Assembly (NCBI GenBank): GCA_030612025.1
Contig: JAUWOR010000003.1
Location: 64,001 to 128,000 of the forward strand
Reading direction: 5' to 3'
DNA length: 64,000 nt
Source of the DNA: Dehalococcoidia bacterium
Lineage (GTDB): Bacteria > Chloroflexota > Dehalococcoidia > GIF9 > AB-539-J10
Shown here: positions 56,485-64,000 of the stretch, piece by piece
Layout of the letters: every line of letters begins with the position of its first letter
Numbering within the stretch: position 1 is the first letter of the stretch
Program-made: the position numbers and the translations under genes
The notes under the pieces: model-generated
Databases searched by the model: none
Told to the model about the DNA's origin: nothing
The model's input: only the letters and a program-made list of their open reading frames with translations

Positions 56485-57225
56485 ATGATCTATCCTGAGA
56501 CGCGATATCCGATAGCTGGCGATCAAAATATGGTAGTAGAATTTGGTGACGAGATCGATATAACTCTTAACCAGAAAGTACATAGTATGGTTTCGGCTAT
56601 AAAACGGGCGGAAATTGCTGGCATCAGAGAATTGATACCTACCTACCGTTCTATTTTAATAAATTACGAGCCATCTATTATTAGTTTCGCAACTTTACAA
56701 GACAAGTTAAAGGCTCTGGAGAATAGGCTGGATTTCTCATCTTTGCCTTCACCCAGAGAGGTGGAGATTCCCATTGTTTATGGTTATGGCGAGCCATATA
56801 AGTCAGATATAGAGTTCGTTGCACAATACAACGGGCTTGGTTCAGTGCAAGAAGTGATAGAGATCTTTACCAGTGGAGACTACCTAGTCTACATGCTCGG
56901 ATTTTTACCCGGGTTTGCTTACTTTGGTGGGATGTCAGAGAAGATAGCTACGCCACGGCTGGATAAGCCACGAATTAGTGTCCCAGCTGGCTCTGTAGGC
57001 ATGGGCGGCAAACAGAGTGGCATTCTTCCACTTGACAGCCCTAGTGGCTGGAGATATATCGGCCGTACCCCACTTAAATTGTTTGACCCATCCTGGCAGC
57101 CACCAACGCTACTCAGAGCAGGGGACAAGGTGCGCTTCGTCCCGATTAGCCCCGAGCAATATGAACATATTTCGCCAAAGGTAAAGGAGGGCACATTCAA
57201 GGTAAAAGTTACATCGGAATCTTGA
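56485..57225 (+). CDS. pxpB: 5-oxoprolinase subunit B
   Basis: PTYRS, GFLPGF, VPAGSV, SPSGW..IGRT. Confidence 0.92.
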   Translation: MIYPETRYPIAGDQNMVVEFGDEIDITLNQKVHSMVSAIKRAEIAGIRELIPTYRSILINYEPSIISFATLQDKLKALENRLDFSSLPSPREVEIPIVYGYGEPYKSDIEFVAQYNGLGSVQEVIEIFTSGDYLVYMLGFLPGFAYFGGMSEKIATPRLDKPRISVPAGSVGMGGKQSGILPLDSPSGWRYIGRTPLKLFDPSWQPPTLLRAGDKVRFVPISPEQYEHISPKVKEGTFKVKVTSES

Positions 57226-57229
57226 GGTA

Positions 57230-58189
57230 ATGGAGTCAATCAGGGAAGTATTCGAGGTGCTTTGGCCTGGACCGCTTGCTACTATACAGGATCTAGGGCG
57301 ATTTGGCTATCAGCAATATGGCGTGCCAGTCTCTGGCGCTATGGACGGGTTGGCACTGCGTATAGCTAACCGTTTGTTAGACAATGATGAATGTGCTGCA
57401 GGCTTAGAATGCACCCTTTTGGGACCAAAGTTGAAGTTTTTAAACGATACCCCGATAGCCATTACTGGCGGCGACCTGGCCCCTTTACTCAACAACCATC
57501 CCCTTCCCCTGTGGGAAGTCGTGCAAGTACAAAAAGGAGATATACTTTCCTGGCGCGGCATGCGTAACGGTTGCCGTGCTTATCTTTCAATAGTCGGTGG
57601 TATAGATGTCCCCGTGGTGTTAGGCAGCAGGTCGACTTATTTACGTTCTAGAATTGGCGGGCTGGAGGGTCGTGCCCTCAGAACTGGTGATGTGTTAAAA
57701 AACGTTCCTGTTAGCAGTGAAAAGCTGGAGCACCTTATTGGCAGAAAGATTCCCAAAGAACTGATCCCGGAATACAAAAGTTTTGAGGAAATCAGGGTAA
57801 TACTTGGCCCCCAGGCCGATCACTTCCCTGAAGAGAGCATCGCTACCTTTCTTAATAGTGAGTATGCTATTACACCTGAATCTGATAGAATGGGATATAG
57901 ATTGGACGGTCCAGAGATAAAGCATAAAGGTAAGGCAGATATTATAAGTGATGGTATTCCTTTGGGTGCTGTTCAGGTACCAGGAAATTGTAAACCGATC
58001 GTGCTGATGGTTGACAGGCAGACGACTGGTGGATACACCAAAATAGCTACCGTAATCACACCTGACATCTCCAAGCTTGGGCAGATGAAGCCAGGTGATA
58101 AAATTCGATTCCGTGAAGTGAGTCTAGCACAGGGACATCAACTATTGAATGCTTTTCAAAAGATGATTGACCAGATAAAGTTCAAGTGA
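57230..58189 (+). CDS. pxpC: 5-oxoprolinase subunit C
   Basis: QDLGRFG, GSRST, SDRMG, QTTGGY. Confidence 0.92.
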   Translation: MESIREVFEVLWPGPLATIQDLGRFGYQQYGVPVSGAMDGLALRIANRLLDNDECAAGLECTLLGPKLKFLNDTPIAITGGDLAPLLNNHPLPLWEVVQVQKGDILSWRGMRNGCRAYLSIVGGIDVPVVLGSRSTYLRSRIGGLEGRALRTGDVLKNVPVSSEKLEHLIGRKIPKELIPEYKSFEEIRVILGPQADHFPEESIATFLNSEYAITPESDRMGYRLDGPEIKHKGKADIISDGIPLGAVQVPGNCKPIVLMVDRQTTGGYTKIATVITPDISKLGQMKPGDKIRFREVSLAQGHQLLNAFQKMIDQIKFK

Positions 58190-58269
58190 TGGAACCTGGT
58201 TAAGTAAAGCGACGTTACCGCATACTACCCCTGATGAAGAGTTATGTGGTATTTTACGGTCTCTTTGTA

Positions 58270-58298
58270 TTGATTTAACATGTTGCCCATGATATGAT
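58270..58298 (+). promoter_or_regulatory. putative recA promoter
   Basis: TTGATT-17-TATGAT with extended TG. Confidence 0.5.
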
Positions 58299-58331
58299 GT
58301 GATGCTTTAATGAATTTCTAAATGTTTAAAA

Positions 58332-59369
58332 ATGGCCACAGAGAAGGGAAAAGCAGTAGAATTAGCCATTGAGCAGATTGAAAGGCAATTTGGCAGAGGC
58401 TCAATTATGAGGTTGGGTGAAGCCTCAGCCAGGATGCCAACAGAGGTTATTCCTACCGGGTCATTGAGTTTAGATTTAGCTTTAGGCATAGGTGGCATAC
58501 CTAGAGGCAGAGTTACCGAAATCTTTGGCTCGGAGGCCTCAGGCAAAACTACGCTCGGCCAGCATATAATCGCTGAAGCGCAGCGGGCTGGCGGCATTGC
58601 GGCTTATATAGATGTTGAGCACGCCCTCGATCCAGCATACGCTGCTAACTGTGGCGTGCAAGTTGATGACATGCTTATCTCCCAGCCCGATACTGGTGAG
58701 CAAGCTTTGGAGATTACTGAGACTCTGGTAAGAAGCGGCGCTGTAGATGTGATAGTCATCGATAGCGTAGCCGCTTTAGTGCCCAGAGCGGAGATAGAAG
58801 GCGAGATGGGCGATGCCCACGTTGGCTTGCAGGCTCGGCTGATGTCCCAGGCGTTAAGAAAATTGACCGCCGCTATCGGCAGGTCTAGAACAGCAGTAAT
58901 CTTTATTAATCAGTTACGGGAGAAAGTGGGCATCGTTTTTGGCAACCCCGAGGTAACCCCAGGGGGAAGAGCACTCAAATTCTATAGCTCCGTGAGGATA
59001 GATTTAAGGCGAGGTGATACCATTAAACAGGGCTCGGAAATAATAGGCGCCAAGGTAAGAGCCAGAGTGGTCAAGAATAAGGTAGCACCTCCTTTTCGCA
59101 GAGCCGAATTCGACATAATGTTTAATCAGGGCATAAGCAAAGAAGGGGATTTGATTGACCTTGGAGCGGCAGCAGGGATAGTGAAGAAAGCTGGCTCATT
59201 CTTTACTTATGGAGAGGCAAAATTAGGGCAAGGGAGAGAAAATGCCAAAGATTACTTGAGGCAGCACCCGGAGGTCGCTTCGCAATTAGAACGTGAAATC
59301 AGAGCTTCAACAGTTATCCCCACCATCCCTCTTAGACAGGGTGTAGAGGCCCCTCCTCAGGGGCAATAA
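58332..59369 (+). CDS. recA: recombinase RecA
   Basis: [33 protein letters not shown]. Confidence 0.98.
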   Translation: MATEKGKAVELAIEQIERQFGRGSIMRLGEASARMPTEVIPTGSLSLDLALGIGGIPRGRVTEIFGSEASGKTTLGQHIIAEAQRAGGIAAYIDVEHALDPAYAANCGVQVDDMLISQPDTGEQALEITETLVRSGAVDVIVIDSVAALVPRAEIEGEMGDAHVGLQARLMSQALRKLTAAIGRSRTAVIFINQLREKVGIVFGNPEVTPGGRALKFYSSVRIDLRRGDTIKQGSEIIGAKVRARVVKNKVAPPFRRAEFDIMFNQGISKEGDLIDLGAAAGIVKKAGSFFTYGEAKLGQGRENAKDYLRQHPEVASQLEREIRASTVIPTIPLRQGVEAPPQGQ

Positions 59370-59391
59370 GGTTCAAACAGGAAACTGCCAG

Positions 59392-59865
59392 TTGCTAAAT
59401 GACAGTGCCTTTCAACATTGCCTCGATGCCGCCTACCGCTACCTCAGCTATCGACCACGTAGTGAAGGGGAAATAAAGCAACGACTTCACCAGCGTGGCT
59501 TCGATACTGAAGTAGTGGAAAAAACAACCACCAAACTAAAGGAGCAAAAACTAATAGATGATTATGCCTTCGCTCAGTTTTGGAAGGACAACCGGCTATC
59601 CTTTAAGCCTAAAAGCAAAAGATTAATAGAAGAGGAATTAGCCAATAAGAAAGTAGCTCGGGAAATTGTGGAACAGGTAACTAAGGACATAGATGATATG
59701 GATAACGCCTGTAAGTTAGGCCGTAGGAGGATGCATATCCTGGCTAAGCTAGATTACCCTGATTTTCAGCGACGCTTATCAAACTATCTCAGTTACCGTG
59801 GCTTCAGCTACGAAGTTATCAAACGTACAATAGCTCTTCTATGGCAACAAAAAGAACACTATTGA
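59392..59865 (+). CDS. recX: RecX
   Basis: YLSYRPRS..E, IDD.AFA, RGFSY; follows recA. Confidence 0.9.
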   Translation: MLNDSAFQHCLDAAYRYLSYRPRSEGEIKQRLHQRGFDTEVVEKTTTKLKEQKLIDDYAFAQFWKDNRLSFKPKSKRLIEEELANKKVAREIVEQVTKDIDDMDNACKLGRRRMHILAKLDYPDFQRRLSNYLSYRGFSYEVIKRTIALLWQQKEHY

Positions 59866-59878
59866 ATTAGTCATTAAG

Positions 59879-60016
59879 ATGATTGACTGGGGCTTTATAG
59901 CAAAACTTACTGGTGGTGGTTTTGGAGTAACCATCTTGGTATTGGCAATTTTGACTATAGTAATATGGCTAGTGGGGTTTCTAGTTCAGAGAATCGCTAC
60001 AAGGCATAAGGAGTAA
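59879..60016 (+). CDS. OadG-family small membrane subunit
   Basis: MIDWGFIAKLTGGGFGVTILVLAILTIVIWLVG...; single TM upstream of oadB. Confidence 0.7.
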   Translation: MIDWGFIAKLTGGGFGVTILVLAILTIVIWLVGFLVQRIATRHKE

Positions 60017-60054
60017 TGTCATGGCTAGCCCATTCGATTTAGGAGCAAGTTAAG

Positions 60055-61263
60055 ATGTTCGGTTTATATGAGATGGCTTTTGCTGGACTCACCTGGGGTA
60101 ACATCCTGATGTTCTGTCTTGCCGGTACAATGATTTATCTTGGCATCGTCAAGAAAATGGAGCCCCTTCTACTAGTACCCATTGGCTTTGGCATAATATT
60201 GGTCAATGTGCCTTTCGCTGGATTGATGACTCACGCACAACCAACAGAGCTTGGTGCCGTGCCAATGCCAATGGAGGTACAGGGCGGGTTGACGGAAATA
60301 ATGAGGGCGATGTCCAAGGGAGAAGTTGGGGTATTAAACTTGATATATCAGTTCGGGATACAAAGTGAAATAATTCCTCTGCTTATGTTCCTTTGCATCG
60401 GGGCGATGGCTGATTTCTCCCCATGCATAGCTCGCCCTATATATCTTCTATTCGGTGCTGCGACTCAGCTAGGAGTTTTTGTTGTTCTCATCCTTGCCTT
60501 GCTTACACAGCAATTTCAACTAGGAGAAGCTGCTTCTATTGGTATTATCGGGGGAGCTACCGGACCAGTGGCAGTTTATTTCGCGGTAGCTAAAGCTCCC
60601 CATCTGTTAGGCCCAATTGCATTAGTGGCTTATTCTTATATGGCTCTGGTCCCTATGATTCAGCCACCAGTAATAAAGGCGCTTACCTCAAAGAAACAGC
60701 GACAAATATATATGAAACCTCAGTTTCGCGAGGTTTCTAAGTTAGAGAAGATTATCTTTCCCATAGCAATCTTTATAGTCACTGCTCTCTTCGTCCCCAA
60801 AGCAGCGCCCCTTATTGGCATGCTTATGTTTGGGAATTTACTTTATGTCTGCGGCGTTACTGATAGATTAGCCCAGTCAGCAAGCACTATATTCGTCGAT
60901 ATACTGACAATTCTCTTAGCTTTGACTGTGGGATCCTTAATGCCAGCAGTGGTGTTCCTTAATATTAAAACTTTAGCCATCATTGTGTTAGCTGCGATAG
61001 CCTTCGTTATCTGCACTGCTGGGGGAATTTGGGCAGTGCAAATAGCCAACCTATTCTTGAAAGAGAAGATTAATCCACTAATTGGCGCCGCCGGTGTTTC
61101 CGCTATCCCGATGGCAGCCAGGGTAGCTCAAATAGAGGGACAAAAGGCAAACCCAAGAAACTTCTTGCTGATGCATGCTATGGGGCCCAATATGGCAGGT
61201 GCTATTGGTTGTTCAGTAGCCGCTGGTATCTTCTTGACTATGGTTCCAGCTACTATATTATAG
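60055..61263 (+). CDS. oadB: Na+-translocating decarboxylase beta subunit (divergent)
   Basis: EPLLLVPIGFG, AYSYMALVP, NPLIGAAGVSA.PMAARV, HAMGPN. Confidence 0.9.
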   Translation: MFGLYEMAFAGLTWGNILMFCLAGTMIYLGIVKKMEPLLLVPIGFGIILVNVPFAGLMTHAQPTELGAVPMPMEVQGGLTEIMRAMSKGEVGVLNLIYQFGIQSEIIPLLMFLCIGAMADFSPCIARPIYLLFGAATQLGVFVVLILALLTQQFQLGEAASIGIIGGATGPVAVYFAVAKAPHLLGPIALVAYSYMALVPMIQPPVIKALTSKKQRQIYMKPQFREVSKLEKIIFPIAIFIVTALFVPKAAPLIGMLMFGNLLYVCGVTDRLAQSASTIFVDILTILLALTVGSLMPAVVFLNIKTLAIIVLAAIAFVICTAGGIWAVQIANLFLKEKINPLIGAAGVSAIPMAARVAQIEGQKANPRNFLLMHAMGPNMAGAIGCSVAAGIFLTMVPATIL

Positions 61264-61299
61264 TGGAATAACTGAACAAGCCTGCCTTAACTTGTTACC

Positions 61300-61328
61300 T
61301 TGACATCTGTCTGCTGAAAAACTATATT
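61300..61328 (+). promoter_or_regulatory. tRNA-Ile promoter
   Basis: TTGACA-17-TATATT. Confidence 0.65.
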
Positions 61329-61337
61329 TTAACTAAA

Positions 61338-61414
61338 GGGCCATTAGCTCAGTTGGTTAGAGCACAGTCCTGATAAGACTGGGGTCTGTGGTTCGAGTCC
61401 ACAATGGCCCACCA
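61338..61414 (+). tRNA. tRNA-Ile(GAT)
   Basis: CAGTC-CTGATAA-GACTG, CCA. Confidence 0.95.
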
Positions 61415-61617
61415 TTAAGGGAGTAATATTACCTAAATCCAACATCAAATCATGTGTCTGTTTAGAAATACATTTCGTCATTGGGTGTAATTAGTGGACG
61501 CTGGAATTCGACTTTCTCATCCGTAATTGTCCATCGTTCGTGCTCACTCGCACGTCCCAATCATAAGCGAGTTGCCATGACTTCTCAGTCTCATCTTGTT
61601 TCAGAAGAGACTCTCAT

Positions 61618-61646
61618 TTGACAAAAAACTCCCTTTAATGTACACT
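61618..61646 (+). promoter_or_regulatory. promoter of Zn-ribbon/RRM/DEAD operon
   Basis: TTGACA-17-TACACT. Confidence 0.65.
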
Positions 61647-61760
61647 ACACACAGTCAGTTATAGTTTAGGTTATTACAAGCTTTTTCAGATCACTTCAGA
61701 TTCGTCGAGTATTGGATGACCAAACCCTAACTAGAAATTTAGAAGAAAGGAGGTCATCCA

Positions 61761-61949
61761 ATGAGTTTTCAGGATAAATCAATCCAATGTTCCGATTGCG
61801 AGCAGCAGTTTACCTTTACTGCTGGAGAACAAGAGTTCTATTCATCTCGTGGCCTGCAGAACGAACCTAAGCGTTGTCCCAGTTGCCGCCAAGCAAGGAA
61901 GGCACAGCGCAGTGGAAGTGGTAGCTACAACCATACATCACGGTATTAA
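61761..61949 (+). CDS. zinc-ribbon (zf-trcl-like) protein, C-terminally truncated
   Basis: FQDKSIQCSDC..F.FTAGEQEFY..RGL.NEPKRCPSCR. Confidence 0.88.
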   Translation: MSFQDKSIQCSDCEQQFTFTAGEQEFYSSRGLQNEPKRCPSCRQARKAQRSGSGSYNHTSRY

Positions 61950-62286
61950 ACCTTCCGGGTATTTATGCTCGGTGTAGCATACAAGACAAAGTCCCCTTCA
62001 AGTTTGACAAGAAGAGACTGATGTTATGTATTGATTGCTACCGTGAAGTCAGAACGGGTAGATAAACTGGTTTGAGACTATGGACATACATGGGCCGAGA
62101 ATAATTGGCCCGTGTATGTCCACAGTGTGCTGGTGTATTATGTCGTTGCAAGTCTCGATACATGAAAGTTAAGACAGCGTCAGGGTAATGCCCCGGAGTG
62201 CACTAGAAAGTAGATAGTGGGATACTGCTTATGTTGGCGACAAACAAGCAGTAAGATTAAGTAATTTAATAAAGGAGGGTTCTAAT

Positions 62287-62628
62287 ATGAGAATCTACGC
62301 GGCTAACTTATCCTATGATATGACAGAAGAGGAATTACGGCAGGAATTCCTGGCTTACGGAGAAGTGACATCTGTAAGCATCCTGATTGACAGGTTCAGT
62401 GGGCAACCCAAGGGATTTGGCTTTGTTGAAATGGCCTCAAAGTCTGAGGCCGAAGCTGCAATCACGGGCCTTAACGGGAAAACACTAAAAGAGCGGACAA
62501 TTGTGGTTAATGAAGCTCGTCCTCGGACAGACAACAGAGGCGGTGGGTCATATGGTGACAGAAGGGGAGGTGGCTACAACGGTGGTAGAGGTGGTAAATC
62601 CGGGGGAGGAAGACAGCGAAGATATTAG
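62287..62628 (+). CDS. RRM RNA-binding protein, Gly/Arg-rich tail
   Basis: IYAANL, KGFGFVEM, VNEARPR. Confidence 0.93.
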   Translation: MRIYAANLSYDMTEEELRQEFLAYGEVTSVSILIDRFSGQPKGFGFVEMASKSEAEAAITGLNGKTLKERTIVVNEARPRTDNRGGGSYGDRRGGGYNGGRGGKSGGGRQRRY

Positions 62629-62689
62629 GAATAAGTTACATCACTTGCCATAAGTTGGAGACGCATAACTTTATAATAGAGGAGATTTA

Positions 62690-63895
62690 GTGAATTTCGA
62701 AACCTTTAATTTTCATCCGAGCATCATGGCTGGGGTGCGGGCGCTTGGTTATACCACACCCACACCCATCCAGCTTCAATCAATTCCTCCAATCATGCGG
62801 GGACGTGATGTCATCGGTCTGGCACAGACCGGAACCGGCAAAACTGCTGCTTTTGCTCTGCCAATCTTACAGCGCCTACTGCAGGCTCCGAGGTGCCAGG
62901 TCGGTGCTGCCATAATCTCACCCACGCGTGAATTGGCTGAGCAAACGTGCGAGACATTCAGTGAATTAGGACAGCAAACTGGGCTGCAGAGTATCGCCAT
63001 TTATGGTGGGGTGGATATTAACCAACAAATCTGGGGAATGCGAAGTGGGGTCGAAATAGTTGTTGCCTGCCCAGGCCGCCTGATAGACCACCTTTGGAGG
63101 GGCACAATCGATTTATCAAATCTGGAAGTTCTTGTAATCGACGAGGCGGACCGGATGTTTGATATGGGCTTTTTACCTGATATCCGTAGTATTTTAAGGT
63201 GCCTGCTAAAGCCGCGACAGACACTGCTGTTCTCGGCCACTATGCCTGACGATATCCGGCGTCTGGTGCAAGATATCCTGCATTATCCGGTCACCGTGCA
63301 AATCGGCCACACAGTACCGGCAACCACGGTGTCACACGCGTTGTACCCGGTTAAGCAACACCTCAAAACTGCATTGCTGATAGAACTCTTACGCCATACT
63401 GAAACAGAGTCGGTACTTGTCTTTACGCGTACCAAGCATCGTACCGAGCGCGTTGCACAGCAGCTTAAAAAAGCGAGCTTCAAAGCAACCGACCTGCAAG
63501 GCAATCTGTCTCAGTACAGGCGTCAGGCTGCGCTTGATGGCTTCCGTACTGGCTTGTTTAAGATTCTGGTGGCAACTGACATTGCCGCCCGCGGCATTGA
63601 CGTTTTGCGTATTTCGCACGTCATTAATTACGATATGCCCGACGGCGTGGATGCCTACACTAATCGCATCGGCCGCACGGGACGGGTTAACAAAAACGGT
63701 AAAGCATTAACATTTGTGACAAGCGCAGACGCAGCCATGGTGCACGCTCTTGAACATGTTCTCAACGCGACTCTGGAGCGCCGGACGCTGCAAGGCTTTG
63801 ATTACGCGGTGCCTGCACCAAACAGCGAATGCATCCGCTCTCCACGCCAATCACTGCGACGCACAGTACGAAATCAGCGGGTTGCTAACCAATAA
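62690..63895 (+). CDS. DEAD-box RNA helicase (RhlE-like)
   Basis: PTPIQ, AQTGTGKT, DEAD, SAT, ARGID, RIGRTGR. Confidence 0.95.
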   Translation: MNFETFNFHPSIMAGVRALGYTTPTPIQLQSIPPIMRGRDVIGLAQTGTGKTAAFALPILQRLLQAPRCQVGAAIISPTRELAEQTCETFSELGQQTGLQSIAIYGGVDINQQIWGMRSGVEIVVACPGRLIDHLWRGTIDLSNLEVLVIDEADRMFDMGFLPDIRSILRCLLKPRQTLLFSATMPDDIRRLVQDILHYPVTVQIGHTVPATTVSHALYPVKQHLKTALLIELLRHTETESVLVFTRTKHRTERVAQQLKKASFKATDLQGNLSQYRRQAALDGFRTGLFKILVATDIAARGIDVLRISHVINYDMPDGVDAYTNRIGRTGRVNKNGKALTFVTSADAAMVHALEHVLNATLERRTLQGFDYAVPAPNSECIRSPRQSLRRTVRNQRVANQ

Positions 63896-64000
63896 GCCAA
63901 AAGGTGCAGTTCGCGTTTCTTAATTTGTTCAGTCAATCACATGAGGAAAGTATCGCTCAGCAAGATATAATATGTAGCCTTCAGCCACACCATGGCATTC

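Noticed and set aside
58270-58331. SOS box upstream of recA
   Set aside because: Only AACATGTT seen; no clear GAAC-N4-GTTC
1159-63710. Numerous antisense or overlapping ORFs in the track
   Set aside because: Shadows of well-supported genes; no motifs or RBS

Overview
Bacterial chromosomal window, most likely from an anaerobic Dehalococcoidia (Chloroflexota). This is inferred from protein style and gene order, not from a search. In order: (1) a divergent, Fur-headed redox/metal-cluster region (thioredoxins, trxB, ferredoxins, CooC/CooT, lone groES, radical SAM, tsaA, TauE, DUF89); (2) secG-gatB; (3) a tRNA cluster acting as an integration hotspot, where tRNA-Arg(CCT) is flanked by its own separated 5' and 3' halves (enclosing a nuclease-like islet and a pabBAC/folP islet) and tRNA-Leu(TAA) occurs three times around variable cargo, with a duplicated transketolase 3' end; (4) split transketolase, thpR, comF, hpf; (5) a type I R-M operon with an embedded MNT-HEPN pair; (6) dnaE carrying in-frame palindromic repeats; (7) a divergent Tfr-like flavoprotein/CCG pair, a Liv-type ABC transporter and pxpABC plus DUF1445; (8) recA-recX, oadG-oadB (conserved Asp replaced), tRNA-Ile; (9) a Zn-ribbon/RRM/DEAD-box operon. 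At least four REP/MITE repeat families are scattered through the window. No CRISPR array, rRNA or intact integrase/transposase was seen. All calls were made by eye.
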